DNA of 63,990 nucleotides, filler included, from Lenisia limosa (taxonomy: Eukaryota > Protista > Breviatea), in the NCBI GenBank assembly GCA_001655205.1. It is 17 parts of 17 records of this genome, joined end to end, with 100 filler letters (N's around TTAATTAATTAA, not from the genome) between each part and the next. Parts side by side here need not be neighbours in the genome. Positions count along the whole stretch, not along the records: positions 49,355 to 56,815 come from LPNZ01003955.1; positions 56,916 to 58,650 come from LPNZ01011098.1; positions 58,751 to 60,823 come from LPNZ01006998.1; positions 60,924 to 62,437 come from LPNZ01005113.1; 13 more parts are not named here. The stretch is one strand, 5' to 3'. Every line of letters begins with the position of its first letter. Position 1 is the first letter of the stretch. The notes beneath the pieces were generated by a model. The model was not told the DNA's origin, did no database searches, and was given only the letters and a program-made list of their open reading frames with translations. Positions 49,371-62,001 of the stretch are shown in pieces. The position numbers and the translations under genes were made by a program.

Positions 49371-52300
49371 TGGTTCGCTGTTTGCTTGGCCCCGAGGTGC
49401 CTGCCGGGCTGACCCTCGCGATATCCAACATCAAACGTATTGCTGGTGGCAGCCAGGCCGATTTCACCGTCGCGGTGAGGGGGGGATGTATCCAGATAGA
49501 TTCCTAAAAGAGCCAGGTAAATCCTATCAATATCGACTGTCATAACTGACGCAAGCAATGACTTTGTACAGGGATCATGTCCGGTTGGATACGAGATGAC
49601 TTACACCACCAAAGCGGCTGTAGATTGTTCCTTTGAATCGGGATGGGCAAGTGCACCTTCTTGCGTCCCGGGTAGGTGGCTTTTACTTTTTTATTATGTC
49701 TCTTGTCTCAATATTGTTATGGGATATCATTGGGATACAAATTGGGAAATTTGTGTGAGTACATAACATAATATTAAACCAAGGGCTACAACAATAATCA
49801 ATTTGTTTTCTATCAAAAATTTCGCGATTTTGTGAAAGTAAGAAGGGACAATAGCGGTACCACTAATAGGAACAATTTATTCTAAAATAACCATGGCAAG
49901 TCTTCTTCTGTTAAGATTGATTTTGAGACATGATGATCAAGGCCTTTTAGTGGTACCGCTATTGTATTTTTGTTTTCTTATTCGAAAAACTATTCCCTCT
50001 GTGACCTAACACTTTCAGTGACATGCAATGCCGCGTTTGTAGCCAAAGCTGAAACCTCAAATTGTACAGCAAGTGGGAAGGGCTCTACTATGGGTTGTTT
50101 ACAAGACGTCAAATTAAATTCCACATCTCTAACTATACTTTAAGGTAATTAACGTTTTTACTCTAGGTGATTATGACTATGGCACACTGTGCGCCTTTAC
50201 GTGCTCAGGTGACCCCACCCCAAGATCAATGGTGGGTACTGGTGGTGTTATGACTTTCACTACGTCCGCATAAAACAAACTAATAGGGGGTTCATCGAGA
50301 CATTCTTTCTTTTCTGGGAGTTTACCGGAATATCATTGGTGCTCTATGATTCATTGAAGATAATTGCTCACGTGATGTAGACCTGTACGGAAACGAAGAA
50401 TTTTGCTGGAGACAAAGCATGTGGTGACGGTTCGTTGGTTTACCCCCCCCCCCATAGAGAGGGGGGAGGGGTAGACGTGGGTGGTTTCGTTGGGCTTTAA
50501 CAAGTCGCTTAAAGCAGGGTGACAAACCAGAAGAAGACTCGGCACAACCGAGCCTCTGCAGACTTTTTGTCTTTTGTTTGACGAAATTAACAATACATTT
50601 TCCTTTTCTTTGCATAAATCACACATCAAAATTATATACTATAATATTTATATTACTCTACTCTTGTGTTTATTTCGTGAAGCAAGGGACAAACTATCTG
50701 CAGAGGCTCGGTTGTTGCCGAGTCTTCTTCCGGTTTGGCACCGTGTTTTAGCAAATTCCAGAATAGAATCTCGAGAAACAACCATCTTTGAATTACTTCT
50801 CTCTTTTTTGTGGTGAAAGGCCTAAGTCATAACGTCCCACAGGTGGCACTCTGCTGACGTGTGGTTTGGGTACATACCATGCTACTGGGCAGGTATGCTG
50901 CTTTGACAATGCCACCAAAGCTTCTGAATTGATTAAATTTCTCAGACAACAACCGACCATGTTTATTCGCCGGCATTGTTTCAGTTATCGGCAGCAAACG
51001 GCTGGTCTGTGGGTCGATATAAAGTAATAGATTTCCCTTTAGAAATCTGTCAAGAGCTACTTATTACTTATTTCTACAAATGGGGCTTCCCTTTGTTTTA
51101 AATATAGCCTGGTTTCAATCTTGTTTCAGGACGGTTAATAAATTCCACCGTTATTGAAGTGAACATGTTGTTGTCACTTTCCAGGACCGACCAAGTCGTT
51201 CACGTGGCCAACATGGCAGATACCCTCTGTATTTCTGACGAAAATGGTATTTATTGTGATTTCGAGAATATAGTACATACGTATCGATATTTGTTTTTTG
51301 TAGAAGGCCTCAGTCACTCAATTTCCTTCAGAATATTGTGTTACTAGGGATGTTGTCCACGGCTTAGGCGAGATACCACTTGTGTCACTAGGGATGTTGT
51401 CCACGGCTTAGGCCAGATACCACGGCTTAGGCCAGATACCACGGCTTAGGCCAGATACCACTTGTTTTTATCTCATCCCTACATACATAAATCCTTTTTC
51501 ATTTCTCAGGAGTTGTGAAGTGTATCGGACGCAATGAGCAATACCAGGTGTGGATGGGGGCATGATGAGAAAAAGGACCTGGGACAAATTGGAGACAAAT
51601 CGAGACAAATCTGACCATTTTAGGCACAAAATTCAGCATCCCCTTTGATCAGTACCCCTTCACCTTATATCAATATGGGAGCAATGGGCGAGGTTATTCA
51701 GGCCATGAAGGCTGGTAGAGCACATGCAGCAATCATGACAGGTTGGAATGAAGAGGGCTGTTATACTGGAATTTTTATCCTTTCTTTTTGATGTTCACTG
51801 TGATGACTGACGATGACCATCACGTAATAAGGCGTAATATGATATGATATAGTATGGAAGTAGCGTCATTTTGCAATATAAGTCTCCCAGTCTGAGTGCG
51901 ATCGCAAGTATGAGTGCGATCACAGAAGAGCTGAATTTAGGGAATATGCAAAAAAAAGCAAGCAGTACATGAATGGAAACCACCATTTTGTCCTCAAACC
52001 TATCATTATTAAATCATACTCAGAGTAGAAACAACACAAAATTAGACACCGCAGGCACGTCCGCGTCCACGTGCTCCTTCATCATTCTTTTCTTTCTCCA
52101 TCCATCCTAGCTTTCTCTTATCTACGCGCCTTTGCCATTTCAGCTGCAACTTCAAGACGGCGTTTGTCAAAGTCCTCTGCAGTCTCAACAACATCAATTG
52201 AAGTTCGACCAGGGCCAAGTTCAGGGGATAATGGTCTGCCAAAATTGATCAGAAACAAGGGGCTGTTGTGCCAAGGTAGAAGACCGTGATGCTTCCGCAT

Positions 52301-55300
52301 TTTGTAGTCAGCTTACTCAGGAGCAATAAGTGATTGCGCAATATTCAGTAAAACAGCAGTTTTGCTACTGTCTCCTTGTGTAGTGCCTTCCTTGCAATCT
52401 TTCTGGAAGGGGTGTCGTTGAGAACAGTGCTTTCCAAAGGCTTCCGCTTCAGTGGAGATAGAGGTTTGTCAGAATCGGTCACACCAGGAACCAGGGCAAC
52501 GCTTGGGTAGAACTGACAGTCTAATCGCAACACGTGGGTCATCAGAAGTAGCAAAGATCGCTCAAATGCACTCTGAACAGAAATCGGGTCCAAAACCTGC
52601 GTAAGTGCGGAGAGACTGGCTGCAAGAAGCAGAACACGCAGCCCCAAAGGCTTGCTGAGGGGAATTCAAGAAAAAAACCCACCATCCTGGGATTAGAACC
52701 ACATTTCCGGGACAGTGGGTCATTTTTGTTTCCTGTTAACAGCTTTAGAGAGGTTAAATGGGTGGTTGAATGAATGAAATTACACTATTTGTTCATGGGC
52801 TTTGTTCTTGTGTGCTGCCAAATGAAGGACACCTCAATAACAATGCTGTAAAAAAACTTTTTCATTAACTTTAAAAGGGGGTTTTTTTCAAAAAGGCTAA
52901 AAGGAAATTGGGTGACCACGTAGTTCAGTTCAAAATTAGTCTCTGAAATTTTTCATTCATTGCCTCTTCGGAAATTATAATATAGTGGAAAATTGTCGTT
53001 TTTTTTAGGAATTTTTATTGAATTTTGTCGAAATAAGAATTTTGCATCACAAGTGGCAGCTCTGTGATCGCACTCACACTGGTGATCGCACTCATACTTG
53101 CGATCGCACTCAGACCGGGGGACTTATATATGATATATGATAGTCATGTATATAATTTTATAATATGTAAATAAATCTTCATAGGATTTGCACTTCATTG
53201 TAAACATCTTTAGAAAGCGGAAAGCTGTTTACATGGGGCCTGAATTCCAACAAGCAACTAGGAAGAGACTACGCGCAGGCCAAGTCACCGGTGCCTTCTC
53301 TGGTATGGTTGACACAGATGGAATACCCAAGATGAAGCTCGTTTTCTCTGTTTTCTTATCTTCTTGACACAACATCATTGTATCCTCCAAGCATATATCA
53401 TGATATGTGCATACTAAGTAGTATATATTATATCATATCATATATTATATAACATTATACAAACCCTCGTACCACATACAGATAGCAAACCGCCCGGCGC
53501 CGCTTACACTTTTCTAAGTTTTTCTCACGTTTAGGTCACATTACCTCCCAGTCGCACGGCTGTTGAGTTGATTGTTCAATCATATGCAACCTCAGTCAAA
53601 TTAGGTTTGATTACTGGTGTCATATTGAGTCTTGTTAAACAGGGGAGGCTTGTACCAACTCTTGTTTCGCTGTTCAATTTTGAGTATCCCAATCGAAGAG
53701 AGTGAACTCACTCACAAGTGCGCCCACTCTATATTCTATATTTTTTTATCCCTTGAATAAATGCGTTGGGAATAGGGCTTCACTTCATTTCGAAAAATAC
53801 CAGTAAAATATCGTTTTCGAGGATATCCCGTCTTTGTCGAACCGAAGTGAATACCTAAATGTGAATGGCTTCCTACACCCTTTTTCTAAGTCCAATTTTT
53901 GATAAATAAATGAGACATGATAGATATAATTTATCACATTATACTTTGGGGATTTTTCAGTTCATCAAGATGAGATGCAGAACTATTTCACAATTAACAA
54001 CGAATTAAATTGGAAGGTGTTTGGCTGATCACGGTACAGACGACACCACCTATTTCGGCATGGGCTACGATGGAAATCATGGTCTCGGACCTGTTCCTAA
54101 TGATGACTCCAATATGCGCGGCTCAGTTCTTGACATGACTTTGCCTGGTGGAGAGGTGGGGGGGGTGGAATCGATTTTACAATTGAGTTTTGAAGTGTCA
54201 ATTGGATTCAGTTATGGTGCATATTAGAACCCAGTGATTAAAAAAATAATCAACAAATTTCCTACCATATGTCTCATTTCAAATTTCAAAATTATTACTC
54301 AATTAATGCCTCAGAGTCTTAGTTCTCATGATTTAGACGTCACCAATTAAACTGGCTATTCTTGACGGTTACTCGTCAATTGTTCTTACAGGTCAGCATG
54401 TTTCCATTATCCACTAGTGATATGATAATATGACCGACTTTGGAGTCGATCTGAACGAAGATAACACGATGGTTCACTCCGAGTGTTTCTGAGTATAATT
54501 GAAACGTGTTGGCCAATTGTCAAATGAGTTTATTCATGAAACATACATAAATACATGATATCATAATCATATGTGTATGTCANNNNNNNNNNNNNNNNNN
54601 NNNNNNNNNNNNNNNNNNNNNNNNNNNNNNNNNNNNNNNNNNNNNNNNNNNNNNNNNNNNNNNNTAATAATACATATATATGCATATGATATATATAGTA
54701 TATCATATGATATGTATAATAATATATAATATAGTATATTATTATATGCATAGATATACATATATATATGTATATAATAATATACTATATGATATGTATA
54801 ATAATATATAATATATATACATACTATATATTGTATAATATATCATATGATATGTATAATAATATATAATATAGTATATTATTATATACATATCATATGA
54901 TATATTATATGCATATGATATATAATGTATGATAACATGATAAAATATGTCCATATGATATGCTATATATGCATATGATATACTGTATATAGTAGTATAT
55001 AGTATATATAATATATCATATGATATGCTATAATGTATGGTATATTATAACATATCATATGGACATATTTTATCATGTTATCATACATTTTTAACCAACA
55101 AGAGAGCGGAAATGCTTACGGAAGATCAACCCATAGCGTTTACCACAACAACCTTTGTATGCCAAATATAGCGTCTTCCTTTATCAATGTGAGCATGGTG
55201 GTTCAACATTTGTCCTGGCCAAATGGCGCTTCGTGATTTCCAAGTGCCCCCATCCTCTCATTTATGACTATTTCCAGATTCACGCTACATTGGATGGTGT

Positions 55301-56590
55301 TGTGTCGCAGATTGCATGTAGCTCATCAGGACCGTGTGCTTTCCTAACCAGTTGGGGGGAAGATTCTGTATAGGATATACTATGATACATTCAACTCTAT
55401 TAATGCTTCCCTTCGCTTTTAAAAATGTTTGATAAATATTGACACTCGCTGAAACAAAAATGCCCAGGTTTTCTAAAAATTAATCCACTATATTTTAAAT
55501 GCGTGACGGTGCGAATATCTTCAGCTAGACGTTACCTTGTTTTATGTATCGTTTCTACTCGTATAATTGTGTTACATATTCGGTTATGGACCCGTGTGGG
55601 TGGGTTATGTTATTACCTTTTTACACTATCATAATTGCACAGGTCATTGATTCGATTTTCATAGTGTAGCTGGAGGTTCTGTCTTCATGTGCTCGGGTGC
55701 TCCAAATAGAATACCTGGAATGTCTTCGACCACCAATGTTCCGGTAAGTAAAGTGAACAAGAAACTCTTCACAATCGATAATTAGGACGTGCGATAATTG
55801 TTTGTATGTGACGAATTGAAATTTCAGAGTCCAATGTTACAATTTGTTCCACTTCAATTATTTTCCTCAAATTTAGGTGGACGTAACAACAGCTGTTAAT
55901 GCGGGTTGTGATGCTGGTAAAAAGGTCACACAAATTGCTGCGTCACATACCTATGGTCATGCATTCTGGGGAGGTTGGTGGATTCATGACGCCTAGCTTG
56001 TATATATGATATCTGGATTTTTGTATTACCTGTATTTTGGACGGAATCCTCTCTGAAACATTTTTGAACAGTACCAAAAGATGACACCCGTTGACCCCTT
56101 AGAGTGCAGTGTTACCAAGGTGTTTGCAATGTCTGTGAATTCCCCTGCTGTTTGCCGTGCCTCTGCCAATCCTGATGAGGTACTGAAGGGGGAGGGTGTT
56201 GTTTTTGTGTTTTTTTGTTTGTTGTTGTTTTTGGAGGGGGTTGCGTGTTCAATTTGCTGGACTTTTATATCATATTCGAAGGAAGGACACAAGTACCAGT
56301 ATTAACATAATACCAATTATGCAGAAGCTTGTGTACAGACCCTGGTAGACCTGAGAAGGGGGTGTGGAGTGGTGCCAAAAAGCCATCTCCCACATGGGTT
56401 ATAGCGAATTATTGTTTAAATTAATATTTTCTTTGCTTGATGGTGTGGAAGGCTTCGATCTGACACATAGTATGCGATGCGTGTACTATTTTGTGATCAG
56501 ATTTATTGTCCAGATTTACCTTGCGCTGACAACAACTACGGCAATTAAGGACGTTTTCGTAGGGGATCAGACCCTCACTGTACTCCAGGA
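49371..56590 (+). CDS. Large multi-exon protein with Cys-rich sushi-like segments and RCC1/BLIP-II-like propeller repeats
   Basis: GSCPVGYEMTYTTKAAVDCSFESGWASAPSCVP; GDYDYGTLCAFTCSG; GVVKCIGRNEQYQ; PYINMGAMGEVIQAMKAGRAHAAIMT; SGKLFTWGLNSNKQLGRDY; KKVTQIAASHTYGHAF. May be more than one gene. Confidence 0.5.
49848..49965. repeat. 19-bp perfect inverted repeat with ~80-bp spacer
   Basis: ACAATAGCGGTACCACTAA ... TTAGTGGTACCGCTATTGT. Confidence 0.85.
50484..50768. repeat. Foldback element with ~55-bp imperfect inverted arms
   Basis: GAAGAAGACTCGGCACAACCGAGCCTCTGCAGA (about 50530-50562) pairs with TCTGCAGAGGCTCGGTTGTTGCCGAGTCTTCTTC (about 50697-50730); weaker similarity extends outward. Confidence 0.8.
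51346..51480 (+). repeat. Tandem 19-bp units GGCTTAGGCCAGATACCAC, part of a dispersed hairpin repeat family
   Basis: Four units here; related single copies at 13524-13555, 31356-31380, 32659-32697, 47843-47871 and 48028-48070. Confidence 0.85.
51876..53129. mobile_element. ~1.25-kb TIR DNA transposon relic inside an intron
   Basis: TIR of about 48 bp (ATATAAGTCYCCCRGTCTGAGTGCGATCGCAAGTATGAGTGCGATCAC) at 51876-51923 and 53082-53129, with repeated GAGTGCGATC motifs. Stop-interrupted minus-strand ORF remnants lie at 52042-52647. Confidence 0.8.
54665..55088. repeat. AT-rich low-complexity tract containing a perfect 38-bp inverted repeat
   Basis: 54925-54962 is the exact reverse complement of 55051-55088. 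The surrounding CATATGATATGTATAATAATATAT units are repeated. Confidence 0.85.
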
Positions 56591-56979
56591 GTAGAGGATT
56601 GTTTGCTTTTTTGTGTTCTTGCTATTTATTATTATATTATATTAATACATATCTTATATTATTGACAGGGAGAGGGGCTGGAGAAACACCCATTACGAGA
56701 GTGGAGTTCAAACTAGTATTGTCGTTGGGACGAGGGGGAACTGGATATTGATAATTGACCAAATCTCATTTGTTGGCTGACAACACACGAGGGTTGAGAA
56801 CAAAACAAAGCCCAGNNNNNNNNNNNNNNNNNNNNNNNNNNNNNNNNNNNNNNNNNNNNTTAATTAATTAANNNNNNNNNNNNNNNNNNNNNNNNNNNNN
56901 NNNNNNNNNNNNNNNCTATTTACAGTTTACCGCCAGATCTTTATGATCCTTGTTTTCATAGAGACTTTACTGCAAAAGA

Positions 56980-58560
56980 AGTACTGATCCTATTTAGGTC
57001 GGCTTCGCCATCTACAAGAAGCACTAAGCACTTTGGTACCGCTGTTGTCTCCACCAGTAGTGTATACTGTGGCTGATCAATAGAGCTTATTATTTATATA
57101 TTGTAGTAGTGTGATATTATGATATTATGTTATCAGCATATTATTTCATAGTTTCTATTTGGTAGCTGATTGTTTATTTATCAACTTATTTAGATTTTTT
57201 TTAATGAAAATGAATAAATATGGAAATGAAGACATGCAGTGAAACAATGAAGATGATTGGACAAGTGGATAGTGCTTGTGGAGCTGCACTGTTCGAAGTC
57301 GGAGGAATTATTATCACGCTGCCTTTTTTCGTTCCCTTTTTCCCCTGTTTTTTTCAGCAGACCAAGCAGAGACATAACCCACAAGAAGAAAGAAATTGGA
57401 AAGAAAGAAAATCCGAGAAAAGCAGAAAGAAACCTTGAAACCTTACCGTCATTATGAGCAGCCCTACTACTCCCCCTTTCGCTGTTTTCCTCTGCGTCTT
57501 CCTGTATGTGGCAAAGGAGGGCTAATCATGCTTGGAGGAAACAGGAGGTGGCATCCTTCCACACCTTCAACCAGGCGTAACATGGAATATTTGTCCAATT
57601 CACTTTTAATTCACACTACTAATTTCTCATTGCTATATTATATATTATATATTATGTAATAATATCTATTATTAGTACTGTTAATAGTTGCTACTGACTA
57701 GGCATATGTATTCTGAATACGTTTGTAAAAACATGCAGTGATAGTAAGTCCTGACACGATTTACTAAAGATAAAGCTCAATATTCGTGTCTGGACTAATC
57801 GCGGTCAGTATATATGCTTCCTTGGTTGAGGAATTTCTTTCATATTATTAAAGTTGTTTTGTTTGGAGTTTCAGATTATTAGGATCGAGATTTGTACATT
57901 TCCACCAATATGCTTCATTGAAATTTCTTTCATTTTACCCCCCCCCCNNNNNNNNNNNNNNNNNNNNNNNNNNNNNNNNNNNNNNNNNNNNNNNNNNNNN
58001 NNNNNTATTTTTGGTTTTTTGTTTCTTCACCCTTGTGTGTTTCCAAATGCTAGTCAACAGAGTTGGTTTATATGTTTCATAAGTTTTCCCCCCCTGTAGA
58101 GCGTAAAATTTCCACTCTTAATCTGTTTAGGATGGTTTATTGCACTGGAGGGGCGCACTCATTGCACATGGCAGCAGACAGCTCAGTTATTTTTCCTGCT
58201 AATATGTATGTTGGGACGCAGAAAGCTGTGTTAGCGTTTTCGTAACAATGTTATAAAACTTACATTTCAAGCATCCTTCTTTCCTTATTTTTTTTTTTTG
58301 ATAGAAACAGCAAATGGGATTCGATTAGGTTCTGCTTTCTTTTTTTTTCTTTTCTCACATCTTTTCGCAGAGTCATAGCTATTTGGCTCAATTATTTTAA
58401 ATGTTCAATTTTTTATTTTAAATGTTCAATTTTCTTACATATCTTCCAAAGTTCAGCTTTCTTTTCCCTTATCTCTTTGTAGAACTGCAGCAAATGTTGT
58501 CAACATTGAAAACCGAGTCCAAGCTATAGAGGCGGAAGATATCGGCGCTCTCAAACAGCA
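56980..58560 (+). CDS. Multi-exon gene fragment, unknown
   Basis: AG/GT-bounded exons such as GRLRHLQEALSTLVPLLSP, and TAANVVNIENRVQAIEAEDIGALKQQ (frame uncertain). Confidence 0.35.
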
Positions 58561-58849
58561 GTATGAGCTTAATATGATACAGTTTGATCCATATTATATA
58601 TGGGCTTTATATGATATATGAGGGGCTTTGTGTGATATATGAGGGGCTTTNNNNNNNNNNNNNNNNNNNNNNNNNNNNNNNNNNNNNNNNNNNNTTAATT
58701 AATTAANNNNNNNNNNNNNNNNNNNNNNNNNNNNNNNNNNNNNNNNNNNNGGTGATTTCAGAAAAGTGATGTTTTAGTGACAATTTTTTAATTATGATCT
58801 CTTATAAGTCTCTTCTATTCTGTATATCGCATGAAGTAATTTTCTAAAG

Positions 58850-60410
58850 GATTGGCGAAAGCAAACGCTGCTCTTTGGAGGAGGTCGCCCCATGGTGGTA
58901 ACAAGGTGAGCCCTCTATTCTAAGAAAGCAATTTGAATCTTGAGAGTCATTTCCATTATCATTTGGAGAAATAAAGGTTATGAGCTTATCACTTCAGGGT
59001 CAATGAACTCGGCACTATGGACACTTTCAAATCAATCAGCAAAACAATGCCTCTCTCCCAGGACGACTATGACGCTGATGAAATGCCTGTGCTACTACCA
59101 GGNNNNNNNNNNNNNNNNNNNNNNNNNNNNNNNNNNNNNNNNNNNNNNNNNNNNNNNNNNNNNTATTTTAAGCTTCGCTCTTCTTTACATGGGAGCATAT
59201 AACGAAGAAAATGGCATCTTTGTTGAAAGGAAGCCATTGATATCTGTCATTTTTGGTACTTGCTATCTCACTATCTAATAGGTTGGAGTGTACTTCCATT
59301 CCGTATTCAGTGATGCACAAATCGACATTGGAATCCAGGTAAATGCCTGGAAGTGGCCTGCTTGTGCTGTACAAGATGTGGCTTGTTTGGAGACAAGAAA
59401 GGGGAGGGAGGCGAATTACAATGTGTCGCAACTCTGTTATCACTCAGAATGATCTACTTTGAATTGACTCCCGTCTCCCTATTGTTTTTTGTTTCGAATC
59501 TTCTATTTTTACTTCCTCCCTCCCCTCCCTAATGACACAGTACCGACTCGTGCATGATGACGCAGCTGAGGTGGTGACCATTGCTGACACGTCTGTCCTG
59601 GATACTTTCGCTGTAATTGAGGTAATGCATTGAACTCACTCCTCGTATACTCATTACCTCAATTCCCATGCCCCTCAAACGGCCGTGCTGTGATGCGGTG
59701 CTACAGAATTGACTGACTTGTTTTTGTTTTCAACCCTCATGTGTTCCTAGCCAACTGGAGTTGATTTTGGTACTTTTTTGTTTCATCAATTCTCCATGTT
59801 TAACCTTCCCAGGCAACTGCGCGTTCTGTCCGTCCAACAATGGCAGCACCACCAGTTGTTCCATTCGGTGTTATCCCTGCCACAAGGTGGGGGGGGGGGC
59901 TTTGNNNNNNNNNNNNNNNNNNNNNNNNNNNNNNNNNNNNNNNNNNNNNNNNNNNNNNNNNCACCTCTAGTGTTTGTATGTTTAAAGGAAGTTTGCTCTT
60001 TTTTTGTTGTTTTAACTTCTAAAACTGTGTTTCAAGGTTCTCTTTTCTCTTTTTTTTTTCTTTTATATCACACGGAGATATAAAATTCTTGTCAAACTAG
60101 CAATAGAATAATAACCAAATCCATCGTCTTGCTCTAATTACTTGTTGCTCAACATTTCTTGACAGAAGGACTTTGTGAAGACACTATGCTTGTCATTTTC
60201 ATATGTCATTCAAATATGGATTTTACAATATGTTTTTTTGATATTTTCCACTCCTGTTGATTTTAGGTTTTGTTAGCATTATTCTCTTTTGACAACCTCC
60301 CTCCCCCAGGTTAATGAACCCTGGGCAGGCTCTCGTGGCGAATGAGCCGAAATCCAATGACCCAGTTCGACCAATAAAGCACTCTTCCCCGGGGGTTCCA
60401 ACAAGAGTTC
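58850..60410 (+). CDS. Multi-exon gene fragment, unknown
   Basis: Phase-consistent exons VGVYFHSVFSDAQIDIGIQ|YRLVHDDAAEVVTIADTSVLDTFAVIE|ATARSVRPTMAAPPVVPFGVIPAT. Confidence 0.5.
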
Positions 60411-60994
60411 AGCAGGGTTGAATTATTAAGAGAGAGATGTCAACCGCAATATTTTTCAAGTTACTGTATTTTATTATTTCACGAGTAGAGCTGATTATGT
60501 TTTACTGTAATGGGGCCTGGAATTTTTCTTTTCTTCAGCCCTCGTGTGTTTCCGACATATTTAACCAACAAAGTAGATCAGGGTTTTGTTTTTGTTTCAT
60601 TTTCATTTACCCCCCCATCATATTATGCTCTTTATTCATGAAAGAACGGGATTTGAGGGGATTTTCGATACCCTCCCCCCCTCCGGCTTAGTTTGTTTTG
60701 TTGTTTTCACTTGCGTATGTTTCTCAAATGCTGAGCCAACAGAATGGATTGTGGGTTTCTTCTTCGTCATAAGTTGTCCATTTACCCGTACGTTGGAGTG
60801 ATGGATGCGGTGCTGCAGAAGCGNNNNNNNNNNNNNNNNNNNNNNNNNNNNNNNNNNNNNNNNNNNNTTAATTAATTAANNNNNNNNNNNNNNNNNNNNN
60901 NNNNNNNNNNNNNNNNNNNNNNNCTTGTGTATTTCTAGCCGACAGAGTGGATTTTGGGCTTTGTTTTTCCTTCCCCCTATTCCTCACACTCCAG

Positions 60995-62001
60995 TCCGCC
61001 CCGGCCGTAGAGGTAGAGGAAGAACCTCAGGCGCCCTCCATAATACAGGAGGCCGAGCCGATCCCGGAACCAGAAGATGATAAGAATGTTCAAGAAGATG
61101 ATAGGAATGTTCAAGAAGATGATAGGAATGTTCAAGAAGATGATAGGAATGTTCAAGAAGATGATAGGAATGCTCAAGAAGATGATAGGAATGTTCAAGA
61201 GGATGATAGGAATGTTCAAGAAGATGATAGGAATGTTCAAGAAGATGATAGGAATGCTCCAGAAGATGATAAGAATGCTCCGGAGCAACCAGTCCAAGTC
61301 TCGCCTCCTCTAAAAGCGGAACCGAACCCAGAGCCTCCCGATGGCAACTTACCACATTCGGCAGCTTCTTCTTCGGGAACGCTAAAGCGGCCAGCCTCGC
61401 CCGGTTCGGAATCGGAAGCCGGACTTGCGATGACGCGCCAACGCAGACGCAAAGAGCGGGTCAGATGGCGTCAGCAGCTGAGCGAGGACGACGAAGAGGA
61501 CTTTTCTGAAGTCTACACTTCCGAGGCATTTTCGCGGATTGTTGAAGTGGATGAAATGGAGTACGAATCTGATGATGATGAAGAGGAGAAGGCGGATACA
61601 AAGTGGGGGGTTCGGCTAATCTTCTGTAGTTAAAAAAAAATAAAAAGTGGTAACAGTGGTAACAGTGGTATTTTTATGAACAAAATTACAAAATAAAAGG
61701 TTAATTTTTATAAATACAGACGTTTTTTAAGGAGCCCCATTTTTAGGCAAGCAGTATTTCCTGTTCAAAGAAAGGAGGATTTTTTGTATTAGTGTGGAGG
61801 GATTCAAAGTGGTGCAAGAAAAATGATGGAATTGGGGGGAAGTCCCATTTACTTGACATTCACAATTATCTATATTTACGATATTTACCGCCTAGGAACA
61901 TGGATCTCAAACAAAAACGGCAAGTCGAACGACAAAAGAGGCGAGACAAGCTCAAGAGGGAAAAAACCAACATTCGCAAGAAGTCCGACGTAGGGCCACA
62001 G
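60995..62001 (+). CDS. Acidic repeat-containing protein fragment, unknown
   Basis: Exon 60995-61602 (CAG acceptor, GTGGGGGG donor) encodes (EDDRNVQ)10 and acidic tracts. The next exon encodes MDLKQKRQVERQKRRDKLKREK. Confidence 0.6.
61073..61282 (+). repeat. Coding minisatellite, 10 x 21 bp (GAAGATGATAGGAATGTTCAA)
   Basis: Directly visible tandem array encoding EDD(R/K)N(V/A)(Q/P). Confidence 0.97.

Noticed and set aside
58374-58393. Relic of the dinoflagellate/perkinsid spliced leader (CATAGCTATTTGGCTCAA)
   Set aside because: About 15 of 21 matches with a gap, single occurrence, not at a gene start; compatible with chance.
51346-61282. CRISPR-like arrays (19-bp and 21-bp repeats)
   Set aside because: Units are contiguous with no unique spacers, no cas genes are present, and the context is eukaryotic.
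60977-61355. Hydrophobic or His-rich repeat ORFs (60977-61297, 60984-61355, 61077-61313)
   Set aside because: They are alternative-frame and antisense shadows of the 21-bp minisatellite. The EDDRNVQ frame has proper splice sites and coherent flanks.
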